A stretch of DNA of 64,000 nt from Fimbriosthenelais zetlandica. Lineage: Eukaryota. The DNA lies in NCBI GenBank assembly GCA_977030845.1, contig OZ365113.1, positions 15,686,001-15,750,000 on the forward strand. The letters run 5' to 3'. A program made the translations under genes and the position numbers. The stretch's first letter is position 1. Each line of letters opens with the position of its first letter. A model generated the notes under the pieces. It was not told the DNA's origin. It made no database searches and worked only from the letters and a program-made list of their open reading frames with translations. Positions 13,451-32,100 of this stretch are shown here, piece after piece.

Positions 13451-13953
13451 CCCGGCAGAATCGTGAACTAACGCTCAATGCTAACTCAAGGGGAAAAGGG
13501 TTTTGCCTCTTTTATCGAATATTCAGGAGTTCCCAGGCCACAGACATCTATTCATATTTAAAGTATTTTCTCTCAGAAACCCTATACTATAGAATCTTCT
13601 CAATTTCTCCAGTGCTAATTCAGTACTTGAAAATCAACGGGACAGAGTTGTTATGACATGTAGGCTATGAGTATGACAGTTAGTATCTAGCATATATATA
13701 TGCCCTATATGAATAAAAATCGGGACATTTATAGTCTCGTGGACTCTAGATCTAGACTATTAAATAAAAATCAGTAAAATCCCGGCCTGGCTGGACTCTG
13801 CCTCTGGACTGCATGGAGCCCTGCCCCTGGAACGGATCCACTGAATCTACTGATTATAGCACGCCTATAACATTTATGTAAAGGACCGCTTTATGTTGTA
13901 ATAATTGAGACAATCTGTATTAGGCCTATATACACACATTAAAAGACACTTAC

Positions 13954-14440
13954 CAATTACTATGGTTATTTTCCTCTCGTACACACTCCCAAATTCATGT
14001 CGAAGTGGTGCGGCAAGCCAAAGCCACCTCGGATAAACAATAATGGCCGCTTCACAACGTTCCTATGGAGACGGTAAAAACAGTTTCGTATAATTGAATA
14101 TTCAGTACTATTGAACGGCATAGCATTAGTACGTCATTGAAAAATAAATGGAAATTTAAATATTGCGGAATATGAAATATAATATCTTAAAATGTCACGA
14201 AATCCCTAAAATCCTGACACTTGCAAGAAATGCGCGATTGTCAAATATTGTACGCCTAACCAACTTCTCAAAGTGTGCTTAGAAATTAATCAATGAAATA
14301 TTTACAATGAATGAATTATTACCTAGGAATTTATTACTGTACTTTGCTTATTTTCTTATTTTCCGCAATTACAAATTTATAACAATAAAATGGTGACGGA
14401 TATATTTTTGTAATCGCGCAACTACCTCACCGGAAGTGGT
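13954..14440. promoter_or_regulatory. Bidirectional promoter CCDC146/RUVBL1, including the probable non-coding first exon of CCDC146
   Basis: Minus-strand donor TTG|gtaagt at 13954 pairs with the acceptor just upstream of the CCDC146 ATG (about 12098). Forkhead motif ATAAACAA at 14033-14040, X-box-like GTTCCTATGGAGAC at 14059-14072, ETS CCGGAAGT at 14430-14437. Confidence 0.6.
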
Positions 14441-14509
14441 GCGAGCGCCATATCTACTTTTGTTTTGCCGGGTGCAGTGGTTGCCAGTCTGGAACATTCT
14501 GCCTTTTAG

Positions 14510-17407
<2,898 letters not shown>

Positions 17408-18535
17408 TAATCTACACGTACCCCATCAGCAATAAATGATATAAAACAGAACCTATTGTAAAACGAGTTTAAAAGACGAGCTGGGATTTTGTCAAGATTC
17501 GCAGCTTCTAGTCCCACAAAATTATAACATTAAGTGAAGAAATTGCTACAAATTCAGAATATAATTAAGGGTTCTTGATCAGACCTAAATCACTTATGTT
17601 CAATTCATGTACTTTAGATAAGCATTCCATGTCAATAAAATTTTGTACAAAATGATTTCTTCAACCATGTTAATATTCAATATTTCACCGTAGCGAAAAC
17701 AAAGTCGGTCATGATTTTTTTTCACTTTTTTAATACTTTTCTCATTAATACATTCCTTCTGATAACCTCATCAGACACATTCACAACATTGGACATCAAT
17801 CAGGAATCTACTGTAGACGGGGGCAGGGCGTTCCTAAACGTAACTAACTAAACTGAAACCGAAATCAAGAGATCTCCCCATCACCTATTGCACGTCTAAG
17901 TGCATCAAACAAAATATCTCCAAAAATATTTACAACAAAAATAAAAGCAAACCCAACATAAAAATCTTGACGAAAATCATACTCTTGCCTTAATAATGTA
18001 TTAAGATATCTTTAAAAAATTCACAATGCAAATTTAACTTGAATGATATGGCCTGCCCCGGCCCTATTGTCCAGTGACTCTAGTGACATCTCACACATGA
18101 CTTCATTGCAAACCTCACATAATTCCATCCATTCATGGACTCATTCAAAATCTTCTTGTACCTATTTTCCTCTCATATAATATTAAGTATCGTTTAGATA
18201 ACATTGTCCTCCATAGAAAGAAGTCTGTAACCACAGAATGTGTTCACAATGTCATGCGGAGGGAAGTATTCCAAAAAAACATCTTCCAAACAGCCAGCCG
18301 AGAAGCTGCTGCTCCTGAGGTCCAAAAAGTTTGTTTCCTCGTTAGTTCACAGGGATCTTTTATCGTCAAACAAGTCTTGGCATGATCAATATTACAGGTA
18401 GTCTTAGCTACAAGTAGTCGGTGTAGTGACCCATAATGTAGATGGATATCCAATTGATTGATAAATTCGCTAGGTTGTGGGATGAGTAACCCCAATAAGA
18501 GAAAATAGCACTATATAAATAATATCAGAAGTCAC

Positions 18536-22234
<3,699 letters not shown>

Positions 22235-22239
22235 GATGG

Positions 22240-22615
22240 CTTTTTATCTGTCGGCGTTCAACAATCGTAGTCCAGGGACGAGCTGGCAAGCGCCTTGTTT
22301 CTTCTTTCTCTTGTAGAAGCCGACTACCGAGATATTCCAAGATGGCGGATAAGGGAAGAGTCGGTCACGTGACCCGCCAACGTAAGCAAAAGTTGGCCAC
22401 GCTGTATTTATCTCCTATTTACCGACAATTTTTTTGAAATGGAGCCAAAAACCATTACGATCCTTTATTAAAGTTGTGACCATAATCTTGTTTTGGTCTA
22501 TCTGTGCTTAAAAGAAATAAATAAAAATATAGGAAGCACGCACAGACGGAAGTATCCTTGTGAAGAGTTCCACTTCCGGTCAGCTGGTTGCGAATGAAAA
22601 CAAGCAAACAAGCAG
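22240..22615. promoter_or_regulatory. Bidirectional housekeeping-type promoter for SEC61A and the C2 gene, with the C2 gene's non-coding exon 1
   Basis: YY1-type AAGATGGCGG at 22339-22348, palindromic E-box GGTCACGTGACC at 22363-22374, ETS CGGAAGT/ACTTCCGG motifs at about 22548-22580, donor CAG|gtaagt at 22615. Confidence 0.65.
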
Positions 22616-23110
22616 GTAAGTAATTTATGTGAAATTTTCTTAATATATGAAAGGAATTTCCGATAAAAATGCCTTTCTTATTGCTTTATTATTGTTGTGG
22701 GTAGCTTTCCATGTTTATTTGCAACTGTTTATCAGTAATTAACGGAGTGAAAACCGAGTCTAGAACTAGAAGTAGAGCCTCGAGAGTCGAGCAACAGGTT
22801 GACTTCGTTCGCGCAAATGTAACGCGCCACGTGGTAAACTAAAAACGACAACTCATGACAAGTTTGATAGGGCTGACCGCCGGGCTAGAGAAAGTTGTTT
22901 AGACATTCCATACACTTCGGAATATTTAGGGAAAGGACATTCCTGATTAGGCCTACAATCACAAAATGAAAGGGACAGTGACACCAGTGACAGTCACCAC
23001 CCACTGTGACCCAGTCGGAGCAGTTCCAAATGGGGTTTAAACCACGCGGTGCGTCTCTTCCCACACAACTGGCAAAAGGACATTAACTGTTTTGTTTTTA
23101 AATTTTAGGT

Positions 23111-26100
23111 ATGGGTTCCTCTAATTCACATACATCCAATAATGGAGAAGGTATTATGAGCCTCAATACCTCGAACTCACTAAGCCACTCGGTGAGTAGC
23201 AGTCAGGCCGAGAGAACCAAGTCCCAGGATGAGAAACGTATACGGACTATGGCGAGACTGATAACAGCTAAGGCCAGACGTGACCAAGGCAAGGATATGG
23301 AGGACCACGAATATACTCTGGTAAATAATTTAGTTTATTTCTCGGAAATAAACATAAACATTTTTCATAATTTGAAAACCACTCCCTTAGCCTATAATGA
23401 CATTTAATGCTATATTACAACTCTCCCACACAAAAAAAAAAATGAAAATGAAAATAGGCCTATTATGCATTTAATTCTAATAGGAATGTCGAAATTTAAA
23501 CTGACTATTTGTTTCCATTTTGTAAACTAATGTTCATTTAAAGATTTAAAAGCAATGGTTTCATATTGTGATAACTAGTTAGGGCCTACTGGTTGAAATT
23601 AGGCAGGCTTTAGATTAGAATTTTAGATCTATTTATTTCTGATTGCAGGAAAACATTCAACTGTTAAAGCACATGTTTAAGGAGATGGATCCAACTATAA
23701 TGCGTACTTCTGCTCAGATCCAACATGGCGAGATCCAGCTGTCTTTCAAGTACGAGGCCTCCAAGCAGATGCTCCTCGTCAAGATTATTAAATGTCGCGA
23801 CCTGTCAGGCAAAGACTTGCGTGGCCACACTGCAGATCCTTACGTTAAGGTTTTTATTATTTCGTTTTCAAAACTCCGAACAATATGATGAAAACTGCTC
23901 GGGGAAACATTCTACTATGTTGTCAGTAATAATCTTGTTAGTACTTTTCTGTAGGATTTCTAATGAGTTTCCACATACCTGTAGGTTTTCCGTAGGTCTT
24001 TTTCATAACCATTGTTTTTGATTTCCATGCCTTGCCATTATAATTTATATAACGTTTTTCACTTGCTTTTATTTCTTTTCAGCTGTACATGCATCCTTTA
24101 CAAGACGAAAGTGACATTCGCCAGAGTCAAGTGAAGTTGAAGACACTGAATCCTACCTATCATGAGATTGTCACGTTCCCCACCACTGATTCTTCTCTCA
24201 CAGATGGCGTCCTAGTTGTTCAGGTAGCGGACTATTACCATTTTAATACTCTCTGTTTCCACGAGAGGGCAGCACTGTGCTACTCTCACCAGCCATCATT
24301 CAGTAACCTTGAAAACACACAAAATCACGTTTCCTCAATGATATATTTTTTTAGGCTTTAGTCGCACTAGATTTAAATTATAGGCTCATGCTAATGTTTT
24401 TCAAGACATTTTAAAATTTTCTTGGTGCGCTGCTATTATTATTGGAACAAATATTGGATGACTATCGTTACTTTAAAATGTCTGCACATGTGATTTAAAT
24501 GATTACATTTCAATATTCAGGTTTGGGACAAAGACATAGTGGACAGGGATGATTTGATAGGAGAAGCCATCATCCGACTTAACACATTTGAATTTGATCG
24601 GTCTCCAATTCATACCGCCTGGTATACTCTTCAGGCAGAGGTGAGTAGTAAATTGAACTGAATTTCTAAAAATTATCGGTTTAGATACGTATAGAACTAT
24701 CATAGAAATATCATTTAATTCATCGGAAATTTGAATATTTCTTCTGCAAAATTGGTGCAAAATTCTTTTTTTTTCAGACTGATCTTGAGATTACTGGTGA
24801 CCTTGATCTTTCTCTGGCCTATGAACTTCCAAGTACCTTGCGAGTGACTGTTCACGGTGGGAATGGCCTGGCCAATCACTACAGGCAGACCGGGTACCCC
24901 AGTCCTTTTGTACGATTTCAGATTCCCGGTGTGGGTGCTGTTTTTGAAACGCAGGTAAAAAGAATTATGTGGACGTCTTGTCACTTTATAATATTAAACC
25001 CGGTGTTGACTCTGAGCTATGATAGGCTGAAGTTTTCATGGACACTATAAGGCCCTATTGTATTATGTGTTGGTAATGTCATTACCGAGTTTCAGTTGAG
25101 TCGCCTGCTATTGTGGGCGCCACCAGTTGCGTCATTATTTACCTATGAATTGTGACATCCGTTACCCTTTCCCCCACTTTGACCAGTTGTTAGACTGTGG
25201 TTCTGAAAATGGGCAATATCAAGCGAGAAAAATGTATGGACTTATTATAGGGCCTTTTGAATAATAAACTTATCGGTCCCGCAATGCTATGGTTTGCGAA
25301 GCTGGCGGGAAAGAAGGGAACTAGAGTTTTAGTTCCGGCTTTTGACACAAGGTGGGAGGTACGAGCTCCAAGCATAGCGCTTGTATAGGCTACCGTTGTA
25401 TATGAAGTGTTGGTACTACATGTAGTTACAAATACAATACGTTGTAGTTATAAATGGGCAGTTCCAATTATAATAATGTACATCCCCTCCACAAAATTAA
25501 TCGTTGAACGTAGCCTACATAACTGTGCATGTAGGCCTGCATTATTTATGGCAGGGCCTTATAAGGGCCCTTTGAATATTAAACTGATCGGTCCCGCCAT
25601 TCTATGGTTTGCGAAGCTGGCGGAAAAGAAGGGAACTAGAGTTTTAGTTCCGGCTTTTGACACAAGGTGGGAGGTACGAGCTCCAAGCATAGCGCTTGTA
25701 TATGCTACCGTTGTATATGAAGTGTTGGTACTAGTTACAAATACAATACGTTGTAGTTATAAATGGGCAGTTCCAATTTTAATAATGTACATCCCCGCCA
25801 CTTATGGAAATCATAATTAATCGTTGAACGTGGCCTACATACCTGTACATGTAGGCCTGCATTATGATTTCAAGCTTTCAGAATTTAATCGATGAAAATT
25901 ACTAACACTCTTGCTCTTATTATTTGCTGATTATTTAAGGTGAGAGAAGATACTGCGGACCCTTCATGGGAAGAAAGTGTAGAATTCAATGTCCCAACTG
26001 AGGAATTTGGTGAAAGGTAAATTCTCTAAGTAAATTATAGACCAAAATGCATATTGCTGAGATTACGAATAAATATCGATCATTTTTTACCCGACGCATT

Positions 26101-29100
26101 AAACTACTTTTGAAATGAACTTTCTGGGTAACTTTATCTATACAGTCTGTATGTTTATTACAGGTACATTATATTCCATGTCATTGATCGTGGAGACAGG
26201 CGGGAAAATGATTCCCTCGGACAAATTGTGATAGATTTGAGCAACTTTAATCCCGACACAGGCTTTAGGGGCAAATTTGATCTGGCAGATTTGGTAAGAT
26301 ATTGCTCAATATTGTCAAATTGCAATAATTATTTTAGGAGCCTAAAATAAGGCGTTTTACTGAAATTTTCAATTTTTTTTCTAGAAAAACAGTGATCGAC
26401 TACGGGCGAAATGGTTCCAGAATGCCACGGTACAGGAATTCAGGGAAGCTCTGCTCGCCCACACTGCCTTCAGACAACCCAAGTTCCTCTTCCAGAAACA
26501 TAATGGAACGAAGGTAGGTAGAAAGTCTAATATTTTCTTTGTTTATTTTAGATATGGTTAAGATATTACGTTTCAAAATACAATGTTCATTTTTTATCAG
26601 GTCATAAGCTTGTAAAACTAAAAATTTAACGTTTCAGGATGGTAATTGAGAATTTGATTATGGCATCTAATATGGTATTTAAAGGAAAATTCCGGTCAGA
26701 TATAACATGACGGCCTACAGTTAGTTAAATATGAATACTAACGCTCACGGAAGCTTCAAGAAATAAACGTGTACCGTTAATAAATCAAGCGTTCACAAAC
26801 CGGCGCCGTTTTGCTCCTTCTCGGTCATTCGCGCTAACTTTCCTCGCGTCAACACGGGGGCCATTTTGTATGTCACATGATCTCATGGGCCAGACTGTGA
26901 GGCCAATGCGCATGCGCGAAGAGAGTACTTCCCGTTTCTCAAACATAAACATTCTCACGTGTGGAGCGTGGAGCTTTCCTCAAGGAGACAGAAAGCCAGA
27001 GAGCTATCGATATATCCAATTGATTTTATATGGAAAAGGGGAAATATGCCGGGATGTGCAGCGGTTGGTTGCTCCAACGTATCAAGAGCTGGAGAGGAAG
27101 AGAAACGTGGGAGATATGTAGCCTTTCACAGGTTCCCAAGGTCCAACCCAGCTCTGACTAACGCTTGGCTTGCCGAACTGCCTCGCTGTCAGAAGTTGAT
27201 TCTTCTCCCTCCTCACTCCCTTCCTCCTCCTCCCCCCAGTCACATGTCGGTTCGAACATGAAAGGTTCTAGATGGGAAGCATTTACCTCGAAATCGAACT
27301 CACTCCCTTCGCTATCACTGCTCTCAGCTGATCGAGACGCCATTTTTGTTGTTGTCCCCGGCGTGGTCACGTGGTACAGAATACCACGTGACTTCCGGTT
27401 CTTTTTGCGCCTCCTCCGTGGAGAGTTCCCCAAGGTACGCGATATGGCAGCCAAGAGGGACTATACCGCCGATATGCCCCCGCCGATATGTTTTCGCCTT
27501 GTACGACAAAACTAGAAAAGAACTGAATCCCTAAACCGGTAAATATCGCTTATATAGTCCCTTGGCTATCACCTGAGGCCCCATGTTATATCTGACGCTT
27601 GAATTCCTTTAACAATCTGCAGATGGCTTTTTGTCTAAATATTGGAAAGATGCAGAATGAAAGAAGATGTCATATAAGATAATCGTTGTATGTGTGATGC
27701 GGGAATGAGAAAACTCTGGTTGATATGAACGATAACTCATTACTTATACATACATGCTCCTTGTGTATCTTACCAGTAGTTCAGCGGTATCCCTATAGGT
27801 GGTGGGACCTGGTCTCACCAAATGCATTTACTCAACTTGTCCGACCGCTTGCCCCCTCCCCCTGCAACTCCAGGCCCCACCTGAGACCATGTAGTATAAA
27901 TCATTTCAATCAGATATTTTCAATATTCAAATGTATTATTGTCGATGCGGTCTTAATGCGATCTTTACTATGATATTAAGTCACCCATCATCTATTTTCG
28001 ATGCATGATTGGGTTGGATGATAGGTCGTTAGTGAGATTTACGATGATGATATCGTCCTATTCTGTGATAAACTTGACTATAACAGCATTCACTGCTACC
28101 TATATTTCCCCATTTCCCTCCCAGTTAGTTTAAAGTATCTCTATTGGCAATTTTAATGAGGGTTGTTTAATCAAATCACTGAACTCATCAGTTAATTTTA
28201 CACTTGCTCAACCACATTCGATTTTCTTTTTAACCATTATTTGTTGCTATATATATACGATTTGAGTAAATGTTTGTACTAAATGAGCAATGGATTAACT
28301 TATTGTTTTTGTGACCATGCCAAATCAAATGTTTTCATCAAAGGGATTAACATTTTATAGGCGTACTTGTACAAACAGATTTTTGAATTTTGCCCAATTT
28401 TAAATAACAGCCAGTGTATTTTGCTCACTTCGGAGCCCAGCCCTAAACTAGCTGGCTTGTAAGCAGTCAGTGGGAGGTGGAAGAATTATTAACCCAAGTC
28501 ACATCCCTGACAGCCACTATTAACAACAGCCCAGCATACGTTTGCCCGGAGTCTCAAAGACGCGCCTCAACCGCAATTAGTTTGAAGCAGACGACATTTT
28601 GTCTGAAATTGAAACATCTGTCCTGGGTGACCATGTGACCTGGCGACTTCCCCATGATTACAAGGCAGGATGCGCACACAATGTCCGAGCCACAATGGAG
28701 TCATAAATCCGTCAGGCCCCATTCACTTTCACAGTTCCACCTATCATGCCTACAATTGTATCTTATTTTCATAAAGTGAAGGCAGCCATTTTTAGTGATG
28801 CTTTTTGGCCGGTTGACCAGCCGGGGGTGTGTATCAGCACAACCAGCATGTGTGACCAGTAAAGAGACAGGTGGTAGGTTGACTCTCTATACCAAGCTTT
28901 ACCCTTATCTGGCTTTGATTAAGATGAAGGGGAGTGCTCTTTGTTGGAATTGGATTCTTTAATTTTATTCCTACAATAAACATGCACATATTTAAAAGCC
29001 ATTCTTGGTGTGAATAGGAGAAGTGTCGCGAAGTATCGGGTTTCATAATCAAATGCGCATCTGGTACAATGTTTCAAAAAACACTATTTTTTAAGTTTTA

Positions 29101-32100
29101 TTCACCAGAGCGTTTCACTTAAACACGACATGACTTATGTTTTAAGTGAAACCTGTGCATAATGAACTTGATACAGTGATGGGGGTGGCGCAGGCATCAA
29201 GAGACATCGAAAGTATTTGTTAAATATTTGAATATTCCTACGCTCCTAGACATAGGCTGTGCAGCCAGTTATAAATCGTCACTGCTCTAAATATTTTAAA
29301 TATTTTTGAGTGAATTCTTGTAGCCTGGGAACCACCATCCAACATGAAATCTGGACCATTTCATGTAAAATCCCTGGCGGTTTGATACCCAAGAAAAGCC
29401 CTGCCTGTCTCAGGTCTCAACACACTGCATGGTCAACGTTTCCGAGATGATCGCATTGAAGCAGCTTCCCAACTCTCTAGAGGGGCTCGCGCTGACCACT
29501 GGGGACTTGACCAGTGGGTTTGCCACACACACAGTGACCAGTACATGGAGGGGGAATGGTGGCCAAGTTCAGATCACATCTCTTGTCAGCTCCCAGGAGG
29601 AAGAGTCTGACCTCCCAGTGAAAAACACCAAGTTGAGAGATCTGTCAACACGCCATGTTCTAAACCCACTGAGCGGTTTACCATGCGCAACCCGAATCAA
29701 TGGCAATGTGAAGTCCACATTTATTTTCGATTTCCCAAAATATTGTTTCTTATACTTTGCGGTTTATATTTAAACGCCTTCTCTTTATCATTATCTGATT
29801 CAAATTCCTGTGGTGTCAGTCAACACTTTGAAACTTACATGCACCAAGGACCTAGAACTTCGAAGGCTTTAGAATTAGAAATGGTCAGTATAATTATATT
29901 GGTAGTAAGCCTTTCTTGCATGAAACAAGATTATTTTATTTAAAAATCCTCTTGATAAAAAGCGTCGATACCTTCAGTGACAAGCCTTCAGATTACATTC
30001 AATCTGTTGATTGAAAGAAATACATTTAGACACCAGAGGTAGATAACGCACTTCGAAAATGAAACAATTCCACAAGGATTACCCATATTCTTATTGCACA
30101 GATCGCCACTGATGCTGCTAAAGACAAAAAGCACATTTATCTCTTTATGTTCTTCCATTATAAGGAAAAAAGTTGATAATTGACAATGACTAGATCGAGG
30201 TGCGCATCTTCCATTCATCAGACAAGGTGGCAGCGCGAATAGCGCCGCATCGCGCCCTATTTCCTATCGTTTCCATCGTAATTCAAATTGAATTGTGATT
30301 TAAACGGACGCGAGCGTCGCTCCTTCCTCAGCGCCATTATCAAGATGTCATTCACGTCAGATAGACGTCGTGCATTCCTGGCAGCCATGTCAAAACAAGC
30401 CTCGTTCTGACAACGCGCCGCCGGATATCAGATGAAAACGAGGCAGCGTTCTGACAGCCTCGCTGCCGCTTTTTTCTCGCCCTGTGACGTGCACTCTCGT
30501 CAAATCCCGTGAGAACTCATCTCATTATTGGAGAGGCTCATCTCCACGGGCGTGTTTTTGACTCGGGCAAATGCTTAATTACCATGTAAAGTTGATCATG
30601 GACATGTAATTCGCGGTGAGGGTAATTAAATCAGTCGCATCACTAGAGGAGAAACTGAGTGCTGGTGACTGGTGAGAACCCCTGACTTGTCCCTGAAAAA
30701 AAAACAGGATTCTGATAGATGAATAGGCTGGGCTTAAATGCCCTCTTTCTTGGCTTTTGCATGTGCCTTTTTGGGTTGACGATGCAAAAATATTTCCAGT
30801 TTCTATCATGTTTCACAGCAAGGCATGTTTTAAAGAATCGCGAGTAGTATAAAGAAAGGCGACTTTGACCCGGGATATGGCCTACAATACATTTGTACGT
30901 CCTTATTTAATTACATCGCTTCTTGGCTGACTTTAAACTTGTGGGATCTAAAGTTGTAACTTTAGGCACGCGTGGTCATGTGGTCATCTGCGGATGGCAG
31001 AGATAGCCACTGACCACTAGAAGCTTGGTGGTCAGTGGAGGGTCACTGCTCACTAATCTGTATCATCTTGCCCCGGGTCTCCACGGGCAGGGGTGTGAGA
31101 GAATGAGATAGACCTGTCTTCCATTGTCCATTGTGATAAGCGAAACCAGAGGTCGATATAAATAGGACTGTTTATCATGAATGCATACTATAAATCATGA
31201 TACTGTATTTCTATCAGTATCGCTGTGAAATATGCTGTTTGTCCCAATGTGGAGCCCGGCCATCCTTCACCTTATATTGGTCTATATACCATTCTGATGT
31301 GGCAAATCACCGAGAGTGAAGCAGTTGAAAATGTCCCCCAGAAATCTCCATTATTTGAAGAATGGCCTTTTGAGGAACAGCAAATCTTAATCTTTTAAAG
31401 TCTGAAAATTAAGCTATTTTTTAATTGGAATATTTTCAGTTCCGCTTCTGTCGGTGAAAGTTTCCAACTGCTCTGATGGAAAAACACTGTTTTTCCTCGT
31501 CGCTGTTTTCTGTCCATGTGTTTTGTGTGGCAGACTGAGCCCATTGTGCACACGGTTGGCGTGGATTATCCCCGTGTTCATTGCTGGTTATTAGATAAAG
31601 ATGGTCATTGTGATAAGAGTCTGATCCATCATGGCCTTATCTGTGGGGGTTGACACCTGGGCTGGCCCCGTCACCATACAGTCATCCAGGCTTTCACCCC
31701 TCATGCCCTGCCAACCAGGCAGGCACATTGTTTATGAGTGGGTGGGATTGGAGAGCTGGAAAAATAAATAAAGTGTATTTTATTTATTTGCATATAACTT
31801 CGAAAATTATACCTTCCTCCGATCATATAATAATACACTAATATATCCGGTGCTAATGTTCCATATTGAGGCCTGAAACATGAAAATATTTTCTGACTTC
31901 ATGTTGGTGTGGAGGGATGCCAAGTGCATGCTTATTCCCAAAATGTTGATGGCACCATAATGCATTGCCATATTGGTGAAGTAAATCGATCCGTTTTGTA
32001 ATTTTAAACTCTCATTTAGCTGCCTGTATCATCGCTGCTTATACTATGCTCATTGATGGCATTTTTGCAGCATTTTTTTTTTACCTGGTTGGGTTTTATT

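Larger units (their letters stand above)
26683..27608 (+). mobile_element. Non-autonomous Kolobok DNA transposon (internal deletion derivative), 926 bp
   Basis: TTAA at 26679-26682 and 27609-27612; termini AG..CT; 27-bp imperfect TIRs (aggaa..gtcagatataacatg: first 5 and last 15 nt identical); THAP fragment inside. Confidence 0.85.

Noticed and set aside
25407-25820. 137-aa ORF with an internal repeat
   Set aside because: Produced by the intronic tandem duplication; no coding signature.
27165-27515. 116-aa plus-strand ORF inside the Kolobok element
   Set aside because: Antisense to the acidic KolX-like fragment and its promoter.
29112-29152. 12-bp-stem hairpin (similar 11-bp stem at 31007-31038)
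   Set aside because: Too short for a pre-miRNA; no known mature miRNA sequence recognised.
29429-29773. 114-aa ORF in the last C2-gene intron
   Set aside because: No homology recognised and no convincing splice sites.
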